Shown piece by piece: positions 37,538 to 46,169 of a stretch of 64,000 bases of DNA. The stretch lies in assembly GCA_002928515.1 (NCBI GenBank), contig PERI01000006.1, positions 21,670-85,669 of the forward strand, given 5' to 3'. The position numbers were made by a program, and so were the translations under genes. Under the pieces are notes generated by a model. The model was not told the DNA's origin, did no database searches, and was given only the letters and a program-made list of their open reading frames with translations. Position 1 is the first letter of the stretch, and each line of letters begins with the position of its first letter. This DNA comes from Hyphomicrobium sp. Its GTDB lineage: Bacteria > Pseudomonadota > Alphaproteobacteria > Rhizobiales > Hyphomicrobiaceae.

Positions 37538-39712
37538 CTACTTCACGCGCACCGACACACGATCGACACGCCCATTGGCATCGATCACGGTGACTTTAGT
37601 AAAACCAGCACCTTTGGGTTGCCATGCGGTTTCGCGCGCGTGCGGATCAGAGGTGATCGGTGCATCGTCCACCAGCCACGTCAATGGCAGCGCTCCGCCG
37701 TCTGCTTTGAGCACCATGGGTTCGCCGTCGAGATCGCTGCTTTCGATTTCAGAACGATCGGGCGGAAACGATATCAATACTGGCGTTGATAGAAACGGTC
37801 CTGTGACGGCGTCGTCGCCCGGCTCGCGCCAGCGTTTCAAGGGCTGAGGCAAATCTGCTGCGGCAAACGTCAGTGCGCCTTTAGGAGCACCTGGCAGCGG
37901 TGTGCGTTTTTCGGAAATGCGTTGGAAGGCATCGAACAAAATCGGTGCAGCCGCCGTGCGTCCCATCATGCCAGGCACACTCACGCCGTCGGGACGGCCA
38001 ACCCATACGGCCACGACATAGCGACCATCATATCCAATCGCCCAGGCGTCGCGATAGCCATAGGACGTTCCGGTCTTGTAGGCGAAGCGACCGCCTTTTG
38101 CGTTGAGGGGGGGCGGTGCGTCTTTTAAAATATCGCTCACATACCATGCCGCCACTGGCGACATCAGGCGGCGCGCGTTGACGTAGGATTTAACGCGTGT
38201 CTGTGCTGCGATTTGCGCGCGCGCATCCATGCGATTGTTCAGCGTGATCGCATCGCCGCCGCGCGCGAGCGCTGCGTAAAGTTGTGTGACGTCGAGTAAC
38301 GTCATGCCGGTGCCGCCAAGCGCCATCGCCAGGGTTGGTTCCGATTTATCCGGAAACCGCGCCATTACGCCTGCGCGCCGGAATCTACCGACGAGTTTAC
38401 CCGGCCCCACGCGCGAGAGGGCACGTACCGCTGGAATGTTGAGCGATTGCGAGAGGGCATCGCGAATAGAAATAGTCCCGTGATAGTCCTCATCGAAATT
38501 TTTCGGCGCGTAATTGCCAAAGCGAACTGGCCGATCTTCGATGAGCGTATCGGGATGGGCAAAGCCTGCTTCGAAACTCAATCCATAAATGAACGGTTTC
38601 AACGTCGAGCCGGGTGAGCGGATCGCCGTTGTCATATCGACTGCGCCTTGGCGCGATGCATCGAGATATCCCGCCGATCCGACTTGAGCCAGAATTTCGC
38701 CGTTCTGATGATCGGCGACGATGATCGCTGCCGATAGTTTTTCGCCTTGGAGCTGGGCTTGTTGCGAGGCCAGCGTTTCTAGGCTCGCTTGTAATGTGCG
38801 GTCGAGCGTTAGCCTGTGAATGATCTTTGTTGGATCGCGCGCAACTTCGGTTTCCGTCAGATGGGGTGCGAATTTGGGAAAATCTTTGCGTCCCGTTGGC
38901 ACCGTTTCGGTTTTTGCCCGCTCTGCTTCGGCCAGAGAAATGACCCCTGCGGCGACCGCGCTATCCAAAACGCGATTGCGGGCGCGCTCGGCAGCTTTCG
39001 GATGGCGGTCGAGACGGCGCGCTTCGGGTGATTGCGGCAACGCGACGAGCAAAGCTGCTTCCGACATCGACAACCGACGCGGTTCTTTGCCGAAATACGA
39101 CAGCGTGGCGGCGCGCACACCTTCGAGATTGCCTCCGAACGGTGCAAGCTGAAGATACAATTTCAGAATGTCGTCTTTAGAAAGTGCCTGTTCGAGTTGG
39201 CGTGCGCGGATCATCTGACGCAACTTTCCGCCCGCCGTGCGCTCGTGGACGCCCGACAACAAGCGCGCGACCTGCATGGTGATGGTCGATCCGCCTGAGA
39301 CAAGCCGTCCGTGCATGACAGCTTGTACAACGGCGCGCACCAGCGCTTGGCCGTCGATACCGCCATGCGCGTAAAAGCGGCTATCTTCGAATGCCATGAG
39401 CATTTTTAAATAGTGCGGATCGACGTCTTTTGTTTCTAGCGGTAAGCGCCAACGACCGTCGGCGGTCGTGAACGGGCGCAGCAATTTGCCGTTACGATCC
39501 ACGACCGTCACCGACATGGCTTTGCTGCCATCAAGCGACAGAGGTCCGACTTGGCTGAGTATTGTGCTATAAATCCCATATGCGGATGCGGTCATCGCCA
39601 GCATCACGACACCTGTGCCGAGGGCAAAACTCCGCCAGCGGAATTGTCGGAGAGCCGCGCGCACGCCGCTCTCCTTATTGTCCTCAGGTTGTGTTGGAGT
39701 ATTCGCTTGCAT
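37538..39712 (-). CDS. pbpC: Penicillin-binding protein 1C
   Basis: EDSRF, SGGSTITMQVAR, APFGGNLEG, RSPGSTLKPF, SLNIPAV, YKTGTSYGYRDAW, C-terminal PBP1C domain; directly after alpha-2-macroglobulin. Confidence 0.95.
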   Translation of the reverse strand: MQANTPTQPEDNKESGVRAALRQFRWRSFALGTGVVMLAMTASAYGIYSTILSQVGPLSLDGSKAMSVTVVDRNGKLLRPFTTADGRWRLPLETKDVDPHYLKMLMAFEDSRFYAHGGIDGQALVRAVVQAVMHGRLVSGGSTITMQVARLLSGVHERTAGGKLRQMIRARQLEQALSKDDILKLYLQLAPFGGNLEGVRAATLSYFGKEPRRLSMSEAALLVALPQSPEARRLDRHPKAAERARNRVLDSAVAAGVISLAEAERAKTETVPTGRKDFPKFAPHLTETEVARDPTKIIHRLTLDRTLQASLETLASQQAQLQGEKLSAAIIVADHQNGEILAQVGSAGYLDASRQGAVDMTTAIRSPGSTLKPFIYGLSFEAGFAHPDTLIEDRPVRFGNYAPKNFDEDYHGTISIRDALSQSLNIPAVRALSRVGPGKLVGRFRRAGVMARFPDKSEPTLAMALGGTGMTLLDVTQLYAALARGGDAITLNNRMDARAQIAAQTRVKSYVNARRLMSPVAAWYVSDILKDAPPPLNAKGGRFAYKTGTSYGYRDAWAIGYDGRYVVAVWVGRPDGVSVPGMMGRTAAAPILFDAFQRISEKRTPLPGAPKGALTFAAADLPQPLKRWREPGDDAVTGPFLSTPVLISFPPDRSEIESSDLDGEPMVLKADGGALPLTWLVDDAPITSDPHARETAWQPKGAGFTKVTVIDANGRVDRVSVRVK

Positions 39713-39721
39713 GGCGTGCCG

Positions 39722-42700
39722 TTACTCCTTCACGCCGACGGTCAGAGTGCCCGCTGCCGTGCGCGCGTAACGATCCGGGCGATACATGTCTTCGACCGTG
39801 GCGGCCGGGTGTACAAACGATCCCGGCGTCACGGCGCGGACGATGTAGGCAACTGTTGCTGTCAACACCGTAGGGGGTTCTGCCGATGCATCTGTTGGCG
39901 CGTCACCGTCAGAGTTTTCGTTGTCTGTGTTGGCGCGCGCGCTAGAGAAGTTGAAGGCGGCAACGAACCGGTCATCGCGGAATTCCGTGTGCTCCGGATC
40001 GGCCGACGATTTCAGCCAATCGAGACCGCTGATCGCGCCGCTTGCAACAAGCTTCGGATTTTCGATTTCGAAGCCCGCTGGCAAACGATCGACCAACATG
40101 ACGCGCCCGCCCGCTTCGCTCGATTGGATTTTTACCGTCATCACGAAGCGGTCGTTTTGCTTGACGCTCGCCGTGCCGCCGTTCAGGCTTTTCAGATCGA
40201 CCTTTTTGCCGTCGAGGGTGTATGCCGCGCGTTCGATGGTAAAGCCCTTCGCGATTGCAGGTTCCGGCGTCAGTGCTGCGCCGATGACCGAGATCACGGC
40301 ATCGGTTGCCGCTTCGCCTGTGTTGGTGATGGTAACGGCACCGTTGACGAGATCGGCGGGTGTCAAAGCGCGCAGCATCGGACCTGAGACGGCCTTGCCG
40401 TCGACGGCCAACGTCGTTGCCTTCACCTCATCGTTGAGCGCTTTGGCTGCCAGCAACATCCATGCCTGTTCTTGAGTGGATGTATAGCTGCGCGTCTCAT
40501 AGACTTTTGCGATCACGCCCGCGAGTTTCGGCGTCTCGGCTTTGGCGATGCCGGTTTCCGATGCGAGCGTGACGAGCGCTGCACTGTCGCGCAACGTCGA
40601 GCCGTAATCGCTGCGATAACCGGTATCGGGTGTCGTATCACCCATGCTGACGAGGGCTGCCTGGAACGCGCGTTCTGCGCGCTCCTTGTCGCCCATCATG
40701 GCTAAGGCTGCACCGATTTGCGCTTTTGCAAGCGGTGTCGAGAAGCGGTCGATGCGCGTGTCGGCGTAGTAGCGCAACTCACCGATTGGTGCGCGTGCAT
40801 TACGTGCCAGAACGTAAATCGCATACGCGCGATCTTCGCCGCCCTTTTCGAAGTCTTCCGCGTAGCTCAAGAAGTTCTGCAAGCGGTCGAGTGCGCGGTT
40901 GAAGCCTTCTTTGGCTGCCGTTGCGCCGTTTTCTTGCGCACGTGTCAAAAAGTCGGTCACGTAGGCCGTCAGCCACAAGTCGGCATCCGATGGTCCCCAG
41001 ACGCCGAATGCGCCAGTGGAGTCCTGCATTTCGAAGACGCGATTGACAGCTTTTTGCACGCGCTCTTTGAGGTCTTTGTCTTGGCCCAAGCCGATTTGTG
41101 CGGCGACGGCGTTGGCATACACGAGTGGGAGTGCGCGCGAGACGGTCTGCTCGGCGCAGCCATACGGGTAGCGATCGAGCTGCGTCAGCAGGCTCGGTAC
41201 GTCTAAGCGGGCGGCTGGTCCAACCGACAGATTGATGCGCGTGCGCGATGCAATCATGTCCTGTACCAAATCGCGCGACAGTGTGAGTTTACCGCCATTG
41301 CCTTTCAGCGACGAGATCGTCGTGCGTTTGATGTCGCCAGCAGGTGGCAGCACGTCGAACGTCATTTCGCGTTTGATGGCGATGTCGTTGGGGCCGGTGA
41401 CAGCGACGCGCAACGTCACGGGTCCAATGTCCTTCGGTTTGAAGACCAAGCGTTCGGTTGCCCGCGCGCCGGTTTTCAAGGCCATCTGTTTATCGCCGAT
41501 GGCGGTGAGGCGTTCGGCGGTCGCATCGCCCTGCTTTTCTGTCAAGCTGAGCGCGTAAGCTGCATCCGGCCCTTCGATGTTGTGGACGTCGAAGCCGAGA
41601 TTCACCTCGTCGCCAAGTGTCAAGAAACGCGGTGCCGAGACGGTCAACGCGACAGCATCGCGGACGATCACGTCACTCGATGCATGGCCGATTTTATCGT
41701 TGCTCCACGCAACCGCCATAACGCGCACGGTGCCGTTAAAGTCTGGCAGTTCGAATTCAACATTGGCCGTGCCGTCGCTGGCAACTTTCACGATGCCCGA
41801 ATAGAGCGACACCACAGTTTCAACTGTTGGGTTGCCCTGCATGACCGGTCCGGTGCCATCGCCACCCGATTTCAGTTTGCCGCGATCGGCGCGCATGCCA
41901 TCGATCAAGCGACCGTAGAAGTCGCGGATTTCAAAGGCGAGTTTCTGCTGAGCGTTGAACCACTTTTCTGGTGCAGGTGCCTCATAGCGGGTCAAGTTCA
42001 AAATACCGAGATCGACGGCTGCAACCGTGATGCGCGCATCTTCGCCCGATGACAGACCATCGACTTTCACCGGCACAGTGATCTTGGCCGCCGATTTGAC
42101 TTTCTCAGGCAGCGTCATCGCGATCTTCAATTCGCGCGCCGACTGATCGACACCGAGCCAAGTGATGCCAATGGCCCGTCCGGGCATGCGCTTCTGGCCT
42201 TCGTCCATCGGACGATAGAGCATCGCTGTGACATACGCGCCGGGACCCCAATCATCGGTCACGTCAATCGATACTTCGCCGCCGCCCTTGGCAATTTCGA
42301 CTTCTTTCGTCAGGTGCAAGCTGCTGCCAAGCACGGCGATCAAGGCCGTACCGCCTTGCTTTGATGAGATGCGCAGCTTGGCGCTTTCACCTGATTTGTA
42401 GGTTTCTTTATCAAGTGCCACGTCAAGTTGCTCTGGACTATCGACCGCTTCGCCTGTCGCGTACCAACCGGCGTTGAACGTGATGCTGGAAGCTGGTCCG
42501 TTCGCTTCCGTCGAGACGACATCGAGACGGTATTTTCCCCAGCCAATATTCTGCATAATTTTGGCAGGTGCGGCGGCATCTGTTTTCAGTTCTCCGCCGG
42601 CGACTTTGCGCTTTACGGTGACCGAGTCGTACGTCCAATTGCCGTCGCGGCGATACCACTGCCAATTCGTGTCGAGGCGTGTCAGCGTCCAAGCTAATTT

Positions 42701-45031
42701 GTCAGAGGCTTGCGGTTTGCTTGCGCCATCCAATAGAACGACTTCGAACGCGGCGTCCTGATCTTCCGGAGCTTGGCCGCCTTCGAATAGTGGTTTGATG
42801 CCGATGCGCGGCTGTTTCAAATCAACCGGCAGCGTGAGTTTACGCTCGATGCTGCGTCCGCCAGATTCGACGAGATTGATGAGAAGATCAGCTTCCAAGG
42901 GACGTGCGGTCTTTGGAAGTGCAGGCAGTGTCACGGCAATAGCCGCGTTGCCGTCTTTATCGGTCAGCAGCCCGGCTTCGAGCGGTTGGCGAACAGCGTT
43001 GACGAAGTCATCGGATTGGCCGAATTGATATCCAGCGTACCCAGGCAGTTCCTTACTTGCCAGGCGCACAACGATCTCGCCTTCAAGGCCGAGCGATGCT
43101 GCGGGTGGGCCGTAGAGATAGCGCCCCGTTGCGTTGACGATCTGTCGATCGTCGGGCACGAGCGCTGTGACATCCGACTTCAATGTCATGTCGAGGCGCT
43201 CAGGCACAAAATCTTCGACCAGGAACGCGCGCTCGGCAATCGCTGGTGCTTTGGGATCGGTGTGCAACCACATGCGCCAGGTGCCGGTTTGTGCGGTCTT
43301 GGCAAGTGACAAGGCGAGCGAGCGACCGCCGAGGCCTTGATCGTTCAACACGAAGCGGCCGTGTTCGACGCCATCGGGGCGGGTCACGATCAGCGTCGTT
43401 GGCAAGGTTGCGGCTTTACCTGCGCGGTCGCGCACGAGTGCGGTCACGGCGACCTCTTCGCCACCGCGATAAACACCGCGTTCCGTGTAGATGAAGGCAT
43501 CAATTGGGCCTGCCGCGTCGCGGCCCTTTACGCCGCGATCCGACAAGTCGAAGGCATTGAGCGATAAATCGAGAAACGCATATTCGCCGTCGCCTTTTTC
43601 AGCGACGAGCACGGCTGGTTGCGTGCCGCCTTCGCCTTTCGTCAGGCTTGCATCGAATTTGGCATAGCCCATCGCGTCCGTTCTTGCAGTGGCCAGAACT
43701 TCATTGTTACGGGCAACGAGCTTGACGGCGCTGCCTTCGATGGGCGTGGCGTCGGCGAGCGAGCGCACGAACGCGTGTACGCCATCGCCGCCTGAGAATG
43801 CGGTCAGTCCCAAATCCGAAACGATGAACCACTGGGTTGCGAGTTGGCCGGTGTCGTCCTTCGACTTTTCGGTTGGCTTGGCGACCATCACGTAGGCGCC
43901 GGGTTCGAGCTTACCGGTCGCATCCGTCACCGGCACAGCGGTGATCACTTCCTCATTCAGTTTGGACGCGATGTCCATCTCGCCGACATAAACTTTCACG
44001 CCAGAACGCTCGCGAATGTTCTCCAATTCATAATCTGACAACTGCCGCTGCATATCGCCCGACTGCAATGTTGCGGCCAGATTGCGATCACCGATGCGAT
44101 ACACCTGAACATCGATTTTGCCGGTGTTCGTTGTGACCACCGGGATGCCCTGCTGGCCGCGACTTGGCAGCACGTAAGACTTGCCGGTGAAGCGCACGAG
44201 CGCGGAACGATCCGGCACATAGACCGCAATGTCAGCGGTTTTGTTCAGGTTTTCGCCGACATCTGACGGCAATCCGGCGCGGATTTGCACATTATATCGC
44301 TCGCCGTGCTTCAAACCTTCGAGGCACAACTGCTTGCCGTCTTGCACGACCGTTTCTGGGTCGCGGCCGTTGACCGAAACAAACTTTGCTGCATCGCCTT
44401 GCGTGCGCGACAGCTCCTCAGAGAATTGCAGACACAGGCGCGGTGGTGTCGCCTCGTTGTCCGTCTTGTAGTCGATCATGCGGAAGCCGTGCTCGGCACG
44501 CAGTTTGTCATAGGCTTCGCGTGCGGGTTGGCTGTCGGCCATTTCGATGCTGAGTTTGAGTGCGTCAATCGCCGGACGCCAGTAAGAGCGCCGCTCCAAG
44601 GCTTGGCCGAGCACAAACAGCGCGCGAGCTTTTTCAGGCTTATCTTTCGCCAACTCATAGCCGCGATAAGCCGCTCCTGACGCGTGCACTGGCAAGTCGT
44701 AGCGCTCGCCTTTTTCGGGATCGGGCTTGATCGCGAGAAGGGCTTCGGCGAGGCGGGTCCAGGCTGGCGCATCGACAGCTTCACTTGCGACGACGTTGGC
44801 AAGCAGCCGCGCGGCGGCGCGCGGATCATTAGCGAAAAGTTTTTCGGCTTCGACCTTCAGGTCAGCGGACTTTTTACCGTTGGCTTTCCAGGCCGACTTC
44901 AAAAACGTCTCGTAGCGTTTGGCATCGGCTGCCACGCCTTGATGCGAAAATCCCTGGTTGGCGGCATGGCTTGTTAGCGGTGATGCCATAGCTATCAGCG
45001 AGAGCAGGGCGAGGCGGGCGAGGAACGTCAT
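39722..45031 (-). CDS. Bacterial alpha-2-macroglobulin with an intact thioester motif
   Basis: YPYGCAEQ (CxEQ), QWFIVSDLGLT, YTERGVYRGGE, LPDFNGTVRVMAV, PAATVEDMYRP. Start moved to MTFLAR 45031 (signal peptide). Confidence 0.95.
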   Translation of the reverse strand: MTFLARLALLSLIAMASPLTSHAANQGFSHQGVAADAKRYETFLKSAWKANGKKSADLKVEAEKLFANDPRAAARLLANVVASEAVDAPAWTRLAEALLAIKPDPEKGERYDLPVHASGAAYRGYELAKDKPEKARALFVLGQALERRSYWRPAIDALKLSIEMADSQPAREAYDKLRAEHGFRMIDYKTDNEATPPRLCLQFSEELSRTQGDAAKFVSVNGRDPETVVQDGKQLCLEGLKHGERYNVQIRAGLPSDVGENLNKTADIAVYVPDRSALVRFTGKSYVLPSRGQQGIPVVTTNTGKIDVQVYRIGDRNLAATLQSGDMQRQLSDYELENIRERSGVKVYVGEMDIASKLNEEVITAVPVTDATGKLEPGAYVMVAKPTEKSKDDTGQLATQWFIVSDLGLTAFSGGDGVHAFVRSLADATPIEGSAVKLVARNNEVLATARTDAMGYAKFDASLTKGEGGTQPAVLVAEKGDGEYAFLDLSLNAFDLSDRGVKGRDAAGPIDAFIYTERGVYRGGEEVAVTALVRDRAGKAATLPTTLIVTRPDGVEHGRFVLNDQGLGGRSLALSLAKTAQTGTWRMWLHTDPKAPAIAERAFLVEDFVPERLDMTLKSDVTALVPDDRQIVNATGRYLYGPPAASLGLEGEIVVRLASKELPGYAGYQFGQSDDFVNAVRQPLEAGLLTDKDGNAAIAVTLPALPKTARPLEADLLINLVESGGRSIERKLTLPVDLKQPRIGIKPLFEGGQAPEDQDAAFEVVLLDGASKPQASDKLAWTLTRLDTNWQWYRRDGNWTYDSVTVKRKVAGGELKTDAAAPAKIMQNIGWGKYRLDVVSTEANGPASSITFNAGWYATGEAVDSPEQLDVALDKETYKSGESAKLRISSKQGGTALIAVLGSSLHLTKEVEIAKGGGEVSIDVTDDWGPGAYVTAMLYRPMDEGQKRMPGRAIGITWLGVDQSARELKIAMTLPEKVKSAAKITVPVKVDGLSSGEDARITVAAVDLGILNLTRYEAPAPEKWFNAQQKLAFEIRDFYGRLIDGMRADRGKLKSGGDGTGPVMQGNPTVETVVSLYSGIVKVASDGTANVEFELPDFNGTVRVMAVAWSNDKIGHASSDVIVRDAVALTVSAPRFLTLGDEVNLGFDVHNIEGPDAAYALSLTEKQGDATAERLTAIGDKQMALKTGARATERLVFKPKDIGPVTLRVAVTGPNDIAIKREMTFDVLPPAGDIKRTTISSLKGNGGKLTLSRDLVQDMIASRTRINLSVGPAARLDVPSLLTQLDRYPYGCAEQTVSRALPLVYANAVAAQIGLGQDKDLKERVQKAVNRVFEMQDSTGAFGVWGPSDADLWLTAYVTDFLTRAQENGATAAKEGFNRALDRLQNFLSYAEDFEKGGEDRAYAIYVLARNARAPIGELRYYADTRIDRFSTPLAKAQIGAALAMMGDKERAERAFQAALVSMGDTTPDTGYRSDYGSTLRDSAALVTLASETGIAKAETPKLAGVIAKVYETRSYTSTQEQAWMLLAAKALNDEVKATTLAVDGKAVSGPMLRALTPADLVNGAVTITNTGEAATDAVISVIGAALTPEPAIAKGFTIERAAYTLDGKKVDLKSLNGGTASVKQNDRFVMTVKIQSSEAGGRVMLVDRLPAGFEIENPKLVASGAISGLDWLKSSADPEHTEFRDDRFVAAFNFSSARANTDNENSDGDAPTDASAEPPTVLTATVAYIVRAVTPGSFVHPAATVEDMYRPDRYARTAAGTLTVGVKE

Positions 45032-45434
45032 GGGGGCAATCCTGTGAAAAGAAACCCTGCCGGTGGGGCAGGCCATCCTTGGAGAGTCGGGCTTGGAACT
45101 GGACGAGACTATCGATCCATTCGGTGGCTTTTCGTAGCCCAACAAGGCGGAACGGCCGCTGCGCGGCGGTAAGTTGAATTTTGCTGTCTGATGCCTGATT
45201 TTGCCGCCATTTTCCGTTCATCTTGCGCGCCGCCCGTCATGGACCAACGTCAAAACCAAAAATATCATGCGGCCAGATCGCGGGGATAACTTTCGGGAAA
45301 TATTTTTGGAGATGCGTGATGCACCCGCCAGAACGCGCAAAACCGCACGCTGTGCAGCCGATGGAATGGCTACACAGCGGCGGTGCTATTAACGATAATG
45401 ATCGCTGAGGGGCGCTGTCGCGTGCTGTCGGCTA

Positions 45435-46046
45435 TCAGCGACGTGACGTTGTGTTATCGCCCGTTGCATCCGTTGCTTGACTGGCAACAATCGAAGCGGG
45501 TGCGATGGCGCGCGTCACAGACCGCTTCAACGGTTTGGCCGACGACCAAAGCTTTGCGAATGACGCGCTGGTATTGTTGGTCGCCGTCGTCACGTTGAGA
45601 TGATAAATCTCGAAGGCATCGCGCTTAGCCGGATCGCGGCGCATGCAATCGCCGATCCAAACATGGGCGTCGCCAATCACAAGCTGTTCGTGGGCGTCGA
45701 CAAAGCGGCTGTCGGGCAGCACGCGGAACTCAGCCGACGCAATGTCGAGAATTGAAGTTTTGGCATGGTCTTCAACCGTCGTGTCGATATCGAAGAGCAC
45801 GACGAGAATGGATGTTGGTGCATTCACCGACGCGGTCAAAGCCGCAGCAAACGCATGCGCCACGGGGCTGTCCGTGCCACGCACGACCAGCGTGATGTGT
45901 GTTTCTTCTCTGGAATGAGAAAGAGCATCAGCCATGAACGACAACAGCCGCGATTCCTTGTCCGATTTGGTATCGATGAGGGGATGCGAGGGTGTGTCGA
46001 AGCGCATGTGGTCATTCCTAGTTCCGGGCCCACGCTGCTCGGTCAA
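45435..46046 (-). CDS. Hypothetical protein, probable PLD-like fold with a degenerate HKD motif
   Basis: HEQLVIGDAHVWIGDCM aligns with HxKxxxxD-x5/6-GSxN; ends with SFAKLW like PLD-domain C-termini. Confidence 0.5.
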   Translation of the reverse strand: MTEQRGPGTRNDHMRFDTPSHPLIDTKSDKESRLLSFMADALSHSREETHITLVVRGTDSPVAHAFAAALTASVNAPTSILVVLFDIDTTVEDHAKTSILDIASAEFRVLPDSRFVDAHEQLVIGDAHVWIGDCMRRDPAKRDAFEIYHLNVTTATNNTSASFAKLWSSAKPLKRSVTRAIAPASIVASQATDATGDNTTSRR

Positions 46047-46169
46047 TATGGAGCCGAGCCTCTGTGGGATGTTGCGAGGCCCATTAAAAGACCAAGACTG
46101 TTAAACAAGCGTTGCAGCCTGGGTTGAATTGTGACGTTTCGACTTAAGCCATTTTCTGTCCAAGGTTTT

